A DNA stretch of 64,000 nt from Acidobacteriota bacterium (lineage in GTDB: Bacteria; Acidobacteriota; UBA6911; RPQK01; JADFOI01), in the NCBI GenBank assembly GCA_963663035.1, contig OY760074.1:2432001-2496000 (forward strand). Direction: 5' to 3'. Position 1 is the stretch's first letter; each line of letters starts with the position of its first letter. This document shows positions 37,857 through 48,158 of this stretch, one piece after another. A model generated the notes under the pieces. The model was not told the origin of the DNA, made no database searches, and saw nothing but the letters and a program-made list of their open reading frames with translations. The position numbers were made by a program, and so were the translations under genes.

Positions 37857-39011
37857 ATGCATTTGTGTTATATGGGTAGGTTCGAAAGTGTTCATCTCAA
37901 GAGGTGGATCAAGCACTTTATCGAGCAAGGACATCAGGTCTCTTTGCTTTCTTTCTCAGGTGCATCACTTCAGATGGAGGGCTTGAAAGTACATTCCCTC
38001 CTGGCGAACTGTTCTGGAGACTCTCCACCACCCACGAGCACGCCCACTCTTCTCTTTGGAGCGCAAGAGTGGGCTCACCGCCTCCTTCCCCTGGGCCTCC
38101 TAACGGCCAGAATGAGTCTTAAGTGGCTGCGCCATGGAATCAAGAGAAAGCTGGAGGAGATTCAGCCCGACATTTTACATGGGCACTTTCTGATGGAGTA
38201 TGGTTTCTACGCTGCCACTACGGGATTCTCACCGTTAGTTGTCTCTGCATGGGGTTCGGACCTTCTGATTCATCCTCAGAGGTCCTTGATCAACAGGTTG
38301 TTGATCAACCACACGCTCAAAAGAAGTTCTTTAGTCTACGTTATGGCTCCTTTCATGGCCAGAAAGATTGAAGAGATGGGGATCCATAGAGGGAAAATCG
38401 TTTCGGCCAATTTTGGGGTAGATGAAGCTTTACTCGATGTACAGGCTCAATCAAGGAATGGGAGACCGATACTGGTATGCACCAGGATGCTGGACCACGT
38501 CTATAATCACGCCACGCTGATTAAAGCTTTAGCCGTGGTACGCAAAGCCCATTCGGAGGTTTTGCTTAGATTAGCGGGAGACGGTCCCTTACGGAAGCCT
38601 CTGGAAGCCTTGGTGAATGAGTTGAGTTTGCAGACAAATGTTGAGTTTGCAGGCTTTCTTTCAGGAAGTAAATTAATAGGGGCTCTGAGCACTGCGGACC
38701 TCTATCTCTCCACCTCTCTGTCCGATGGAACCTCGGTGTCACTACTGGAAGCCATGGCGGTCGGACTTTTTCCGATTGTATCGAACATTGAGGGAAACCG
38801 GGACTGGATCGCTGACGGCGCCAACGGATTCCTTGTTGACCCTCACGACCCAGATGCGCTGGCCGCAAGAATCACCCTGGCTTTGAGTAAGGTCGACTGG
38901 AGACGAGAGGTGTGTCAGCAAAATAAGGAGATTGTCAAACAGAGAGCTCTCCGGAAAAGCCAGATGGAGATCATGGAACAGGCCTACCGCGAGCTATTAT
39001 CGGAGCAATAG
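37857..39011 (+). CDS. GT4 glycosyltransferase (pair 1b, close paralog of 1a)
   Basis: WGSD, SDGTSVSLLEAMAVG; long near-identical stretches with the previous gene. Confidence 0.9.
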   Translation: MHLCYMGRFESVHLKRWIKHFIEQGHQVSLLSFSGASLQMEGLKVHSLLANCSGDSPPPTSTPTLLFGAQEWAHRLLPLGLLTARMSLKWLRHGIKRKLEEIQPDILHGHFLMEYGFYAATTGFSPLVVSAWGSDLLIHPQRSLINRLLINHTLKRSSLVYVMAPFMARKIEEMGIHRGKIVSANFGVDEALLDVQAQSRNGRPILVCTRMLDHVYNHATLIKALAVVRKAHSEVLLRLAGDGPLRKPLEALVNELSLQTNVEFAGFLSGSKLIGALSTADLYLSTSLSDGTSVSLLEAMAVGLFPIVSNIEGNRDWIADGANGFLVDPHDPDALAARITLALSKVDWRREVCQQNKEIVKQRALRKSQMEIMEQAYRELLSEQ

Positions 39012-39091
39012 GATTTCAGTTGTTAGTCAGGAGATACGGCTAGCTCTTCGAATGGGCTTTTGACGGGAGAACCACTTCGAGGCAACTTCAG

Positions 39092-40264
39092 ATGAAGATA
39101 CTCTACGTCCTCTATCATGAGTATGAGCGAATGCCCATACATGCTGTTGAAGTGATCGAGGAGATGAACCGCCAAGGGCACCAGGTGGTGGTTGTGACTG
39201 CCATTTCACGCCAATTTCTGCGAGGACTCGCCTGGCCCCCCACCATTCAAGTCCATCGGGTCCCGATCGTGAATCTTAAGGGTCTTCGAATGATCTCTTT
39301 CTGTCTGAGTTCCTTGCTGCTTCTGCCTCGCTGGTGCCTGAAAGAATGCCCGAATATTGTTTATGATCGCTTTTCACTCACCTCTCTCGTGACAGTCTGG
39401 ATGACACGCCTCTTAGGTATTCCCCTGGTTTTGGAGATCAATGGAATCGTGAGCGATGAGTTAGCCTTGGGTCGGAGTGCGCGTTGGCGTCGTCAACTCT
39501 TTAAGCTGGTTGAGGGTTGGGTGTTTCGAGGTGGTGACCATCTCATCACCGTGACCGAAGGTATTCGTAAGTGGGTCAGCTCTGCTCATTCGGTGCCGCT
39601 TGAAAACATAGAGACCATCCTCAATGGCACCAATCCTGGCAGGTTTAAGCCCGTTGATAAGGGTCTGGCTCGACAGGAACTTGGGCTGGATCCTGAGCGG
39701 CCTATCGTCGGCTATCTAGGAAGCCTGTTCCCCTGGTGCGGTCTGGAAGTTCTCATTGAAGCCTCGCTTATCATTTTGGAAAGTATTCCTGATGGACTGT
39801 TTCTGATCGGAGGTGGTCAGGCAGAAATGAAAGTGGCATTGGAGGGAAAAGTGAAGCACCTGGGTGCGGAACAGCACTTTGTCTTTCAGGGTGAAGTTCC
39901 CTGGGATCAGGCCGCTCTGTTTATCAGTGCCTTCGATGTTGCAGTGGCTCCAGCCCAACTCTCAGAGCGCTCAGGAATCTCACCTCAGAAGGTTTATGCA
40001 TACCTGGCATGCCAACGCCCTGTGGTGGGAAGTGATATCGAGGGACTGGGTGACATGCTGACACAGGAGAGGGTTGGATTCTCCTTTCCCTCAGGCGATG
40101 CTGAGAGAATGGCCGGAGCCATCATCCAACTGCTTCAGGATCGGGAATTGGCGCAGACGATGGGTGAGCGGGGAAGACGGTTAGTGTTGGATCGTTTCAC
40201 CTGGGAACGAGTGGTCCAGAAGACAGTACGGATTTTCAAGGACATCTTGGAATCACGGTGTTGA
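39092..40264 (+). CDS. GT4 glycosyltransferase (pair 2a)
   Basis: EING, YLGSL.PW.G, SPQKVYAYLAC. Confidence 0.9.
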   Translation: MKILYVLYHEYERMPIHAVEVIEEMNRQGHQVVVVTAISRQFLRGLAWPPTIQVHRVPIVNLKGLRMISFCLSSLLLLPRWCLKECPNIVYDRFSLTSLVTVWMTRLLGIPLVLEINGIVSDELALGRSARWRRQLFKLVEGWVFRGGDHLITVTEGIRKWVSSAHSVPLENIETILNGTNPGRFKPVDKGLARQELGLDPERPIVGYLGSLFPWCGLEVLIEASLIILESIPDGLFLIGGGQAEMKVALEGKVKHLGAEQHFVFQGEVPWDQAALFISAFDVAVAPAQLSERSGISPQKVYAYLACQRPVVGSDIEGLGDMLTQERVGFSFPSGDAERMAGAIIQLLQDRELAQTMGERGRRLVLDRFTWERVVQKTVRIFKDILESRC

Positions 40265-40300
40265 AACGACTGAGATGAGAATGAGACAGGGCAAACTGAG

Positions 40301-41479
40301 ATGAAGATCTTCTACGTCTTCTATCATGAGTATGAGCGAATGCCCATACATGCTGTTGAGGTGATCGAGGAGATGAACCGGCAAGGGCAGCAGGTGGTTG
40401 TTGTGACTGCCATTTCACGCCAATATCTGCAAGGACTTGCCTGGCCCAAGAGCATTCAAGTTCATCAGGTTCCGATACTTCATCTCAGGGGTCTTCGAAT
40501 GATCTCCTTCTTTTTGAGTTCGTTTCTATTGATGCCTTACTGGTGCCTGAAGGCATCGCCCGATATTGTGTATGAACGCTTCTCACTCACTTCTCTAGCG
40601 ACTCTGTGGATTACACGCCTTTTAGGTATTGCTCTGGTCGTGGAGGTAAATGGAATCGTCACCGATGAGTTAGCCTTGAGTCAGACTGCCGGTTGGCGTC
40701 TTCACCTTCAGGAGCTGGTTGAGGGTTGGGTGTTTCGAGGGAGTGACCATCTCATCACCGTGACCGAGGGTATACGTCAGTGGGCCGGATCCGATCATTC
40801 GGTGCCGCTTGAGAAAATAGAAACAATCTTCAATGGCACCAATCCTCGCAAATTTAAACCCTTTGAGAAAGGTCTTGCTCGACAAGAATTTGGGCTGGAC
40901 CCGGAGCGGCCTATCGTCGGCTATCTGGGAAGCCTGTACCCCTGGTGTGGTCTGGAACATCTGATTGATGCTTCGCCTATGATTCTTGAAGAAATTCCAG
41001 ATGCACTCTTCCTGATCGGAGGTGGTCAAACGGAGATGAAATGGGAATTTGAGAGAAGGGCGAAGCACCTGGGTGTGGAACAGCACTTTGTCTTTCAGGG
41101 TGAAGTTCCCTGGGATAAGGCCGCGCTCTTTATCAGTACCTTCGATGTTGCAGTGGCCCCCGCCCAATTCACAAAGCGCACAGGAATATCACCTCTGAAG
41201 TTCTATGCCTACCTAGCATGCGAACGCCCCGTGGTCGGAACTGACTTGCAGGGTTTGGGCAACATCCTGGAGGAGAGAAATGTTGGAAAGTCATTTCCCG
41301 TGGGTGAAAAGGAAGAACTGGCGGAGGCTGTGATTCTGCTGCTCCAAGATAGAGAAATGGCGACGAGCATGGGGAAAAGAGGTAGAGAGTTTGTCCTGAA
41401 ATCTCATACTTGGGAGCGAGTGGTTGAGAAGACCATCGAGTTACTCAATAGGTGTCTAAACTCGAAGCGAGGCACTTAG
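40301..41479 (+). CDS. GT4 glycosyltransferase (pair 2b, close paralog of 2a)
   Basis: EVNG, YLGSLYPW, SPLKFYAYLAC. Confidence 0.9.
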   Translation: MKIFYVFYHEYERMPIHAVEVIEEMNRQGQQVVVVTAISRQYLQGLAWPKSIQVHQVPILHLRGLRMISFFLSSFLLMPYWCLKASPDIVYERFSLTSLATLWITRLLGIALVVEVNGIVTDELALSQTAGWRLHLQELVEGWVFRGSDHLITVTEGIRQWAGSDHSVPLEKIETIFNGTNPRKFKPFEKGLARQEFGLDPERPIVGYLGSLYPWCGLEHLIDASPMILEEIPDALFLIGGGQTEMKWEFERRAKHLGVEQHFVFQGEVPWDKAALFISTFDVAVAPAQFTKRTGISPLKFYAYLACERPVVGTDLQGLGNILEERNVGKSFPVGEKEELAEAVILLLQDREMATSMGKRGREFVLKSHTWERVVEKTIELLNRCLNSKRGT

Positions 41480-42381
41480 TGCTCACTGAGCCCTTGAATC
41501 AGCTCACACCAGAAGAATTGAAGCTCTATGGAAATGTGGAAGCGGTTGAGGAACATCGAATCTATCAGAAGTTTGCGCATAGTCCTCGGCACCATAAGGA
41601 CTATTACCGGCTGATGTATTTCGAGTTTGAGCAACGGGCACAGGTTGGGGATCTCTTAACTGAAAGTGAGCTTCGTCTCTTTGAACGACAAAGGCAGATG
41701 GAAAAGGAGCGCATCACACGTTTCATGAAGATCATTGCGCCTCTCCCGGATCACTTTTTTTTAGACGTTGGGTGTGGCGTGGGACAATTGACCTACCATC
41801 TTGCTCGTGCCGGGGCCCGTGTTGTGGGGATAGAACTCAGTTATGAGGCCGTGCAGGTCGGGTTGGCGATACTGAATGAGTGTTCGCTGCCTGCTCCTGT
41901 GAGTTTTATCTGCCAGAACGCTATCTCCTTACCTTTTCAGAACGGGATCTTTGATCGGGTGGTTTGTGCGGATGTCATGGAGCACCTGAGCGACGAAGAG
42001 AAGCGAGCAGTGCTGCAAGAAGTCTACCGAGTGCTGAAGCCAGGCGGAGAGGTTTTTTTTCACACACCGAATAAACGGCGGATACAACTGGGGTTGCTCA
42101 GGAGACGTCTCGCCGCATTAATCCGATTGGAAAACCCTATGTCCATACGGCATCACTATCCCGAGGGGGGAGGCCACGTCGGTCTGACAACGCCAAGAAA
42201 GCTGATTCCGATGTTAACTGCCAGTGGTTTTGATTGCAGACGCATTTACTGTCCAGGTGATATCCCCATTCTCAAAGGGTTAGGCAGACCCGTGAATGAT
42301 CTGCTGAGTGCAGATACACCGGTCCTGAGGGATTTTCTGGCGGCGAATTTTGTCCTGATTGGGAGGAAACGCATTGGTTAA
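41479..42381 (+). CDS. SAM methyltransferase
   Basis: FLDVGCGVG, DVMEHL, RVLKPGG..HTPN. GTG start overlaps the previous stop. Confidence 0.85.
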   Translation: MLTEPLNQLTPEELKLYGNVEAVEEHRIYQKFAHSPRHHKDYYRLMYFEFEQRAQVGDLLTESELRLFERQRQMEKERITRFMKIIAPLPDHFFLDVGCGVGQLTYHLARAGARVVGIELSYEAVQVGLAILNECSLPAPVSFICQNAISLPFQNGIFDRVVCADVMEHLSDEEKRAVLQEVYRVLKPGGEVFFHTPNKRRIQLGLLRRRLAALIRLENPMSIRHHYPEGGGHVGLTTPRKLIPMLTASGFDCRRIYCPGDIPILKGLGRPVNDLLSADTPVLRDFLAANFVLIGRKRIG

Positions 42382-42468
42382 GCGTGTCACCCTGAAGCTC
42401 TATGCTTATCTGGCTTGGTGGGCAATCTCTGACACGGTCTCGGGCAAGAGAGACAAGGGTAAGACACT

Positions 42469-43659
42469 GTGAAAATCGTCGTGACCGCAAGGTCTGACCT
42501 CTCAGGGCAGGTCACTACGCCAGGAGGCATGGTTCACCTCCTGGAAACTTGCCGAAATCTCCACTTGCTGGGACACGACGTCACCCTCTTTGTGGGAACT
42601 GAAGGGCGCTATCAAGAGGCTGTCCCTTTTAAGATCGTTAATATCCCTATTCCCCGTATACGGTTTCTAGGTACTTTCTTATTTCCCATTCTCCTCTTCA
42701 TCTATCTTCTAGCCTGGAGCCTTTTCAACAAGTCCGACGTCATCTATGAGAATTGCGTAACCTACTCTTTTTCGGGATTATTGGTGGCCAAGCTCTTAGG
42801 CAAGCCCCACGCGATGCATGTTCACGGTTTTACTCCCGATGAGATGGAGATGGGAGGACACGGAAAGTTTCGAGTGGCCTTGGTCCTTTTCGTTGAACGC
42901 TGGAACTACCGCCTGTCGGATGCGCTTTTCTGCGTGACCCCGGTCGTCCTTGAGAAAATCAGTGAAGTGTATGGTGTGTCTCCTGATACCTCATACTTCA
43001 TCTACAACGGAGTGGACGCGGATCGCTGCAGGCCCATGGACAGGCAGGAATGTGCTCGAACCTTAGGGATGGATCCCAGCCAGGAATATGTGGGATTCAT
43101 CGGCTATCTTTACCCTTGGTCGGGAGTTGACAAACTGATTGAGGCGGCTCCTGCAATTGTTGCCAAACGTCCCAAAGCTCAATTCGTGGTGGTTGGCCAC
43201 GGGATCTGGGGACCCCAACTCCCCGTCTTAGCCAAAAAAGCAGGAGTATCGGAGCACTTTCATTTTGTGGGTTATCAACCGTGGGATCAGATCCCCCTCT
43301 TTTGTAATCTCTTCGACGTAGGGGTAACAGCCTACACAGCGGAAAAGGGCGTTGGACGCTATCGTTCCTCCATGAAGTCTCTGGAATACTCGGCAGCAGG
43401 TTGTCCGGTGGTGATTACTCGCGCCCGAGGCGTCTCGGACATTATTGAGGAAGCGGGTTGTGGAATCGTGGTCGAGCCAGACGACATGGATGCGTTAGCC
43501 AACGCCATCATTGAGATTCTCCAGGACCCGGAACTCCGAAAAACCATGGGAGATAAGGGCCGACAACTTATTGAGGACGGCTACACATGGCGACATGTTG
43601 CTGAGAAAATGACGGTTGTTTTTGACAAGCTTGTTAAATCACCTTCTGATAGCGGGTAA
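42469..43659 (+). CDS. GT4 glycosyltransferase
   Basis: NGVD, FIGYLYPWSG, MKSLEYSAAGCPVV. Confidence 0.88.
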   Translation: MKIVVTARSDLSGQVTTPGGMVHLLETCRNLHLLGHDVTLFVGTEGRYQEAVPFKIVNIPIPRIRFLGTFLFPILLFIYLLAWSLFNKSDVIYENCVTYSFSGLLVAKLLGKPHAMHVHGFTPDEMEMGGHGKFRVALVLFVERWNYRLSDALFCVTPVVLEKISEVYGVSPDTSYFIYNGVDADRCRPMDRQECARTLGMDPSQEYVGFIGYLYPWSGVDKLIEAAPAIVAKRPKAQFVVVGHGIWGPQLPVLAKKAGVSEHFHFVGYQPWDQIPLFCNLFDVGVTAYTAEKGVGRYRSSMKSLEYSAAGCPVVITRARGVSDIIEEAGCGIVVEPDDMDALANAIIEILQDPELRKTMGDKGRQLIEDGYTWRHVAEKMTVVFDKLVKSPSDSG

Positions 43660-43722
43660 AGAGAACGGCCTGTCTGAAGTTTTTCCACTTCCTCCTTCTG
43701 CCCGGATTATAGCTGACAAACC

Positions 43723-45645
43723 ATGTGTGGAATTTGCGGGATTGTTCTAGATCAGGAAAGCAAAGAGGCCGATCTCAAGAGCCTACAGTCCATGAGAGAG
43801 GCACTGTTTCACCGCGGACCGGATGATCATGGATCATATCTGAAAGGTAATGTGGGCTTGGCCATGCAGCGGCTCAGCATTATCGACTTGGCAGGAGGAC
43901 ACCAACCGATCCATAACGAGGACCAGACTGTTTGGGTGGTCTTCAACGGTGAAATCTACAATTTCCAGGAATTGCGGAAAGAATTGATCGGTAAAGGGCA
44001 TCACTTCTCCACCAGGAGTGATACGGAAGTCATTGTCCATCTCTACGAAGAATCCGGCGTCGACTGTGTGAAGAGACTTCGGGGGATGTTCGCTTTTGCG
44101 CTGTGGGACACGAGAAGGAAGACTCTGCTTCTTGCCAGGGACCGTTTGGGCATCAAACCCCTTTACTATTACCACCGGAACGGATGTTTTCTCTTTGCCT
44201 CGGAGATAAAGGCATTGATTCAACACCCCGCAGTTGAGCGCCAGGTGAGTATGAGGGGACTGGACTGCTACTTCACTTATGGCTACATCCCAGCCCCTGA
44301 AACCATCTTCAAAGATATCTACAAACTGAGTCCGGCTGCAACTCTCTCGCTGCAACAGGGTCATGTCTCGAAGCAAAAATATTGGGATCTGGACTATACA
44401 GACACACTGCAGGGCGATCCTGAGGAGTTGAGCCAGGAGCTCCTGGAGCGCTTGCGAGATTCGGTCCGGCGTCATTTGGTAAGCGACGTGTCTGTGGGGG
44501 CCTTCTTGAGCGGAGGGGTAGACTCAAGTGCCATGGTGGCCCTGATGCGCGAGGAAGCGGACCGGCCCATTAAAACCTTTTCCTTGGGATACCGAGGAAA
44601 GGGCGACGAGCTGGGTTATGCCAGATTGGTCTCCAAGCACCTCGAGACCGAGCACCACGAATTTATAGTCAGTCCGGATATGACGGAGCTGTTGCCCGAA
44701 TTGGTTTGGCATCAGGATGAGCCCTTGTTTGATAACTCCATACTCCCTACTTTTCTGGTGTCGAAACTGGCCAGAGAGCATGTCAAGGTTGCCTTGTCCG
44801 GCGACGGAGGTGATGAGCTGTTTGGAGGATATGAATGGACTCGCCGATATCAATTCATACGATACTACAATCAGCTACCTGGAGGTATCAGGACGATCTT
44901 ACAGAAGCTGTTGTTGAGAGACGGACACGAACCTGCATACCGTTCCGATTTCACGAGTAAGCTGAAACGTTTCATCTCTGACACAACCCTATCCTTGGAG
45001 GAAGGCTTTGCCCGCAGGACGACCAATTCAGGGCAATTCAGACAGCAGCTTTATTCCGAAGAAACAAAAAAGGCACTGGATCGTTATGACGCTTTGACTC
45101 TTCAGAGCGAGTGCTTCACTCGAGCATCCGTGCAGGATGAGAGAGACAAGATGCTCTATGTGGATAGCATGCTTTATTTGCCCGATGATTGCCTTTTCAA
45201 AGTAGACCGCATGAGCATGGCCAACTCTCTCGAGGTAAGAGTTCCCTTTCTCGACCATGAGTTCGTAGAGTTCACCAGTCGTCTTCCCTTTTCTGTGAAG
45301 GTTTCCGGCCTCACCACGAAGCGAATTCTGAAGAAGGCCCTTGCCAGTCGACTTCCTTCAACAGTCTTCTCTCAGAGGAAGCAGGGTTTCACCATTCCCA
45401 TTGCTGATTGGCTGAGGGGAGAGCTGGGTGATCTGGTGGAGAAGATCATTCTACAGGACAGGGCTCAGGAACGAGGTTTCTTCAATCCAGATTGCTTGCG
45501 ATGGATGCTCGAAAGCCATCGAAGTCACCGCTACAATTTGAGCTATCAAATCTGGGCGGTATTCATCTTCGAGATCTGGGCAAGACTGTATCTGGACCGG
45601 ACAGATCTGACCAAACCCGAAGCAACTCTGAAAGACCTACTTTAG
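43723..45645 (+). CDS. asnB: Asparagine synthase-type glutamine amidotransferase
   Basis: MCGICG, HRGPD, FNGEIYN, LSGGVDSS, LSGDGGDELFGGY, EVRVPFLD. Confidence 0.95.
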   Translation: MCGICGIVLDQESKEADLKSLQSMREALFHRGPDDHGSYLKGNVGLAMQRLSIIDLAGGHQPIHNEDQTVWVVFNGEIYNFQELRKELIGKGHHFSTRSDTEVIVHLYEESGVDCVKRLRGMFAFALWDTRRKTLLLARDRLGIKPLYYYHRNGCFLFASEIKALIQHPAVERQVSMRGLDCYFTYGYIPAPETIFKDIYKLSPAATLSLQQGHVSKQKYWDLDYTDTLQGDPEELSQELLERLRDSVRRHLVSDVSVGAFLSGGVDSSAMVALMREEADRPIKTFSLGYRGKGDELGYARLVSKHLETEHHEFIVSPDMTELLPELVWHQDEPLFDNSILPTFLVSKLAREHVKVALSGDGGDELFGGYEWTRRYQFIRYYNQLPGGIRTILQKLLLRDGHEPAYRSDFTSKLKRFISDTTLSLEEGFARRTTNSGQFRQQLYSEETKKALDRYDALTLQSECFTRASVQDERDKMLYVDSMLYLPDDCLFKVDRMSMANSLEVRVPFLDHEFVEFTSRLPFSVKVSGLTTKRILKKALASRLPSTVFSQRKQGFTIPIADWLRGELGDLVEKIILQDRAQERGFFNPDCLRWMLESHRSHRYNLSYQIWAVFIFEIWARLYLDRTDLTKPEATLKDLL

Positions 45646-45651
45646 AACAGG

Positions 45652-47169
45652 ATGTTTAAGAGCGTACTCAATGAGAGCCGGCTACCGTATCTTTTTGTTT
45701 GCATTTTTTTGCTGCAGGCCGTGATCTTCATTGACTACACGGTGGATGATGCCTTTATTACTTTCAGGTATTCCAGGAATCTGATCAGCGGACTGGGACT
45801 GGTTTTCACCGCGGGGGAAAGAGTAGAGGGAATCACCAATTTCATGTGGATGCTTCTCATGGCAGGGCCGATAAAGGCAGGTGTGGACCCCGTACAGGCA
45901 TCCAAGGTTTTGGGGCTTGCCTCATCTGCTCTACTCATTCTAGCTCTGTGGAAAATCTTGGAGAAGGAGGGAGTCGGACTGGCTGCACGAACTCTTTCGA
46001 CTATGCTTCTGGCCCTGGATGGGAGCCTTGTGCTGTGGAGTGTGGGGGGGTTGGAAACATCGTTTTTTACGCTGCTCTGTTTTGTCGGATCGGCGCTTGC
46101 CATCGCCAATAGACCGGGCCAGCGGCTGTATGTCATTTCAGGTCTATTGCTTGGAGTTGGATTTCTGACTCGACCTGAAGCCGCCATTTTCATTGCTCTT
46201 GTGTTTGTCTTCCTGCTTCTCGAGCCGAACAAAACGGAAGCGGAGAAGAAAGGATTACGTCGGTGGGCGCTGACTGTTTTTATCATTGCGGTGACATTTT
46301 TGACTTGGCGCTTGATTTACTACGGAGATATTTTCCCGAACACCTTTTACGCCAAGACCGGCAGAGGACTCACACAGACCCTGGGAGGGGCACGATACAT
46401 TTATCGGTACTTCATGCTTTACGGAGGGATGCTGACTATTCCCTTGGCTCTCCTGCCCCTAGCTCTTGGGAAAGCAAAGAGACTGTACAGTTTCTCATTG
46501 ATAATCGTTTTTAGTTTCTTTGGGTACGTGTTGCTGGTTTCCGGGGCTGATTGGATGATGCTTTTCAGATTTCTCTTGCCGGCACTGCCTTTCTTGTATC
46601 TCACGGTGGGATTCGGTGTGCAGGAGTTTTCCGAAACATTCATCGCAAACATAAGAAGGCCAGCGGCAGCAGCCTACTTTTTCAGTTTCTGTGGGCTCTT
46701 GCTGTCTGTCATGTTTCTCACTTCTACAGTGACTGCAAGATTCCTGCATGATACTGCCCTTCACGGGATAACCGTATACACTGGGGGTATTCACCGCGAT
46801 GCAGGTTTATGGCTCAAGAGGAATGCTCCTGCCACCTCATTAATTGCGGTGGCAGATGCGGGCGCGATTCCCTATTTCAGTGAAATGCCGACGCTCGACA
46901 TGAGCGGACTTGCAGACCCCTACCTGGCCAGGATTGCTCCCACCGAACCACGAGGTTTGAGGCTTGATCTGGATTACGTATTTAAAAGGGAGCCTGACTT
47001 TATACAGCTCTATTCCACCACTGATATCACCCGGCAAGGATTCACCAACTACTATCGCGGCTATGGAGAACTGTTTGAGCGAGCCCTGCACGAGGGTCAA
47101 TATGTTCCGGTTGCACCCTACAACAGCGGACCTGGATTGATCATCTTGCGCCGTCAAGACAGGAACTAG
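45652..47169 (+). CDS. GT-C-like membrane protein (arabinofuranosyltransferase-like)
   Basis: DDAFITFRYSRN, ERVEG.TN, GLET, TRPE, PNTFYAK, AGAIPYFS..D..GL.D. Confidence 0.78.
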   Translation: MFKSVLNESRLPYLFVCIFLLQAVIFIDYTVDDAFITFRYSRNLISGLGLVFTAGERVEGITNFMWMLLMAGPIKAGVDPVQASKVLGLASSALLILALWKILEKEGVGLAARTLSTMLLALDGSLVLWSVGGLETSFFTLLCFVGSALAIANRPGQRLYVISGLLLGVGFLTRPEAAIFIALVFVFLLLEPNKTEAEKKGLRRWALTVFIIAVTFLTWRLIYYGDIFPNTFYAKTGRGLTQTLGGARYIYRYFMLYGGMLTIPLALLPLALGKAKRLYSFSLIIVFSFFGYVLLVSGADWMMLFRFLLPALPFLYLTVGFGVQEFSETFIANIRRPAAAAYFFSFCGLLLSVMFLTSTVTARFLHDTALHGITVYTGGIHRDAGLWLKRNAPATSLIAVADAGAIPYFSEMPTLDMSGLADPYLARIAPTEPRGLRLDLDYVFKREPDFIQLYSTTDITRQGFTNYYRGYGELFERALHEGQYVPVAPYNSGPGLIILRRQDRN

Positions 47170-47181
47170 GCTAACTTTTCC

Positions 47182-48156
47182 ATGTCCAGCGTTGATGCAA
47201 TAATCGAGACTGCCAATAGGAAGCGAAAGGAGTTCGTCCGCCACAGGAATACTGACTTTTCTCCCCGAATTCAGGTCATTGAGGGAACCGCTCGTCAGGA
47301 AGGTCGCCCTCCAGAGTTATCCATCACTGTCCCCACACTCGAAGGGAGTCGGGGAGGGGTCTTTCAATCGCTCCTGGAGCAGATCAAGAAGCAAAGCCTC
47401 CAGAACTACGAGCTCATCATAGTGGAGGGAGATCCTCGACAGGGTCGAGCCATCAACACAGGAGCTGCTCTGGCAAGGGCGGAACTTCTACTGACACTCG
47501 ACGATGACACCGTCCTGGGTCATGAGAGAGTCTTTGAAACTCTGATCAGGACGATGAGATCCTATCCGGACATCGGCATGGCTGGGACTTCGAATCTTGT
47601 TCCTGAGGATGCCCCCTGGCTGGTGAGAACACTCATGAACCAGATACCCAGGAGGAGTTCAGAACTGGTTCACGAGATCACCGACAGTGACATGGCGGAA
47701 CATCCCTGTCTGGCAATCAGAAAATCGGTCTTTTTTGAGATAGGAGGAGAGAACGAATTGATTCCGCGAGGACTGGACCCTTACTTGAGGGCTGAAGTCA
47801 GAAAGGCTGGATACAGGGTTGTGGTTGTGCCCGAGACCTGGATCCATCATTTGCCTCCCAATTCTCTTCCAGTGGTGATCAGGCAGTTCTTTCGGAATGG
47901 TTCCCAAGCAGCATTCTGCAAAAAGCTTTACCCGCAGTGGGTCATTGAAACCCCCGATCAGCATGTTGGTGAATTCAAAGAAAGAATTTCTTTTAGCAAG
48001 AGGCTGGTGAGATATGCCGGAAGGATCTTGTTGGCCGTTGCGAAGGTCCGGTTGCTTTACCTCTTGGTTTTAATTGTTTACGCACTGGGATACGTCTATG
48101 GCTTCATGACGACGAGGGTGGAACAGCAGGAAAGCAAAGAAGGCGGTCTGGAGTGA
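47182..48156 (+). CDS. GT2 glycosyltransferase
   Basis: SITVPT, N.GA..A, TLDDD, F..IGG, C-terminal TM. Confidence 0.82.
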   Translation: MSSVDAIIETANRKRKEFVRHRNTDFSPRIQVIEGTARQEGRPPELSITVPTLEGSRGGVFQSLLEQIKKQSLQNYELIIVEGDPRQGRAINTGAALARAELLLTLDDDTVLGHERVFETLIRTMRSYPDIGMAGTSNLVPEDAPWLVRTLMNQIPRRSSELVHEITDSDMAEHPCLAIRKSVFFEIGGENELIPRGLDPYLRAEVRKAGYRVVVVPETWIHHLPPNSLPVVIRQFFRNGSQAAFCKKLYPQWVIETPDQHVGEFKERISFSKRLVRYAGRILLAVAKVRLLYLLVLIVYALGYVYGFMTTRVEQQESKEGGLE

Positions 48157-48158
48157 AT

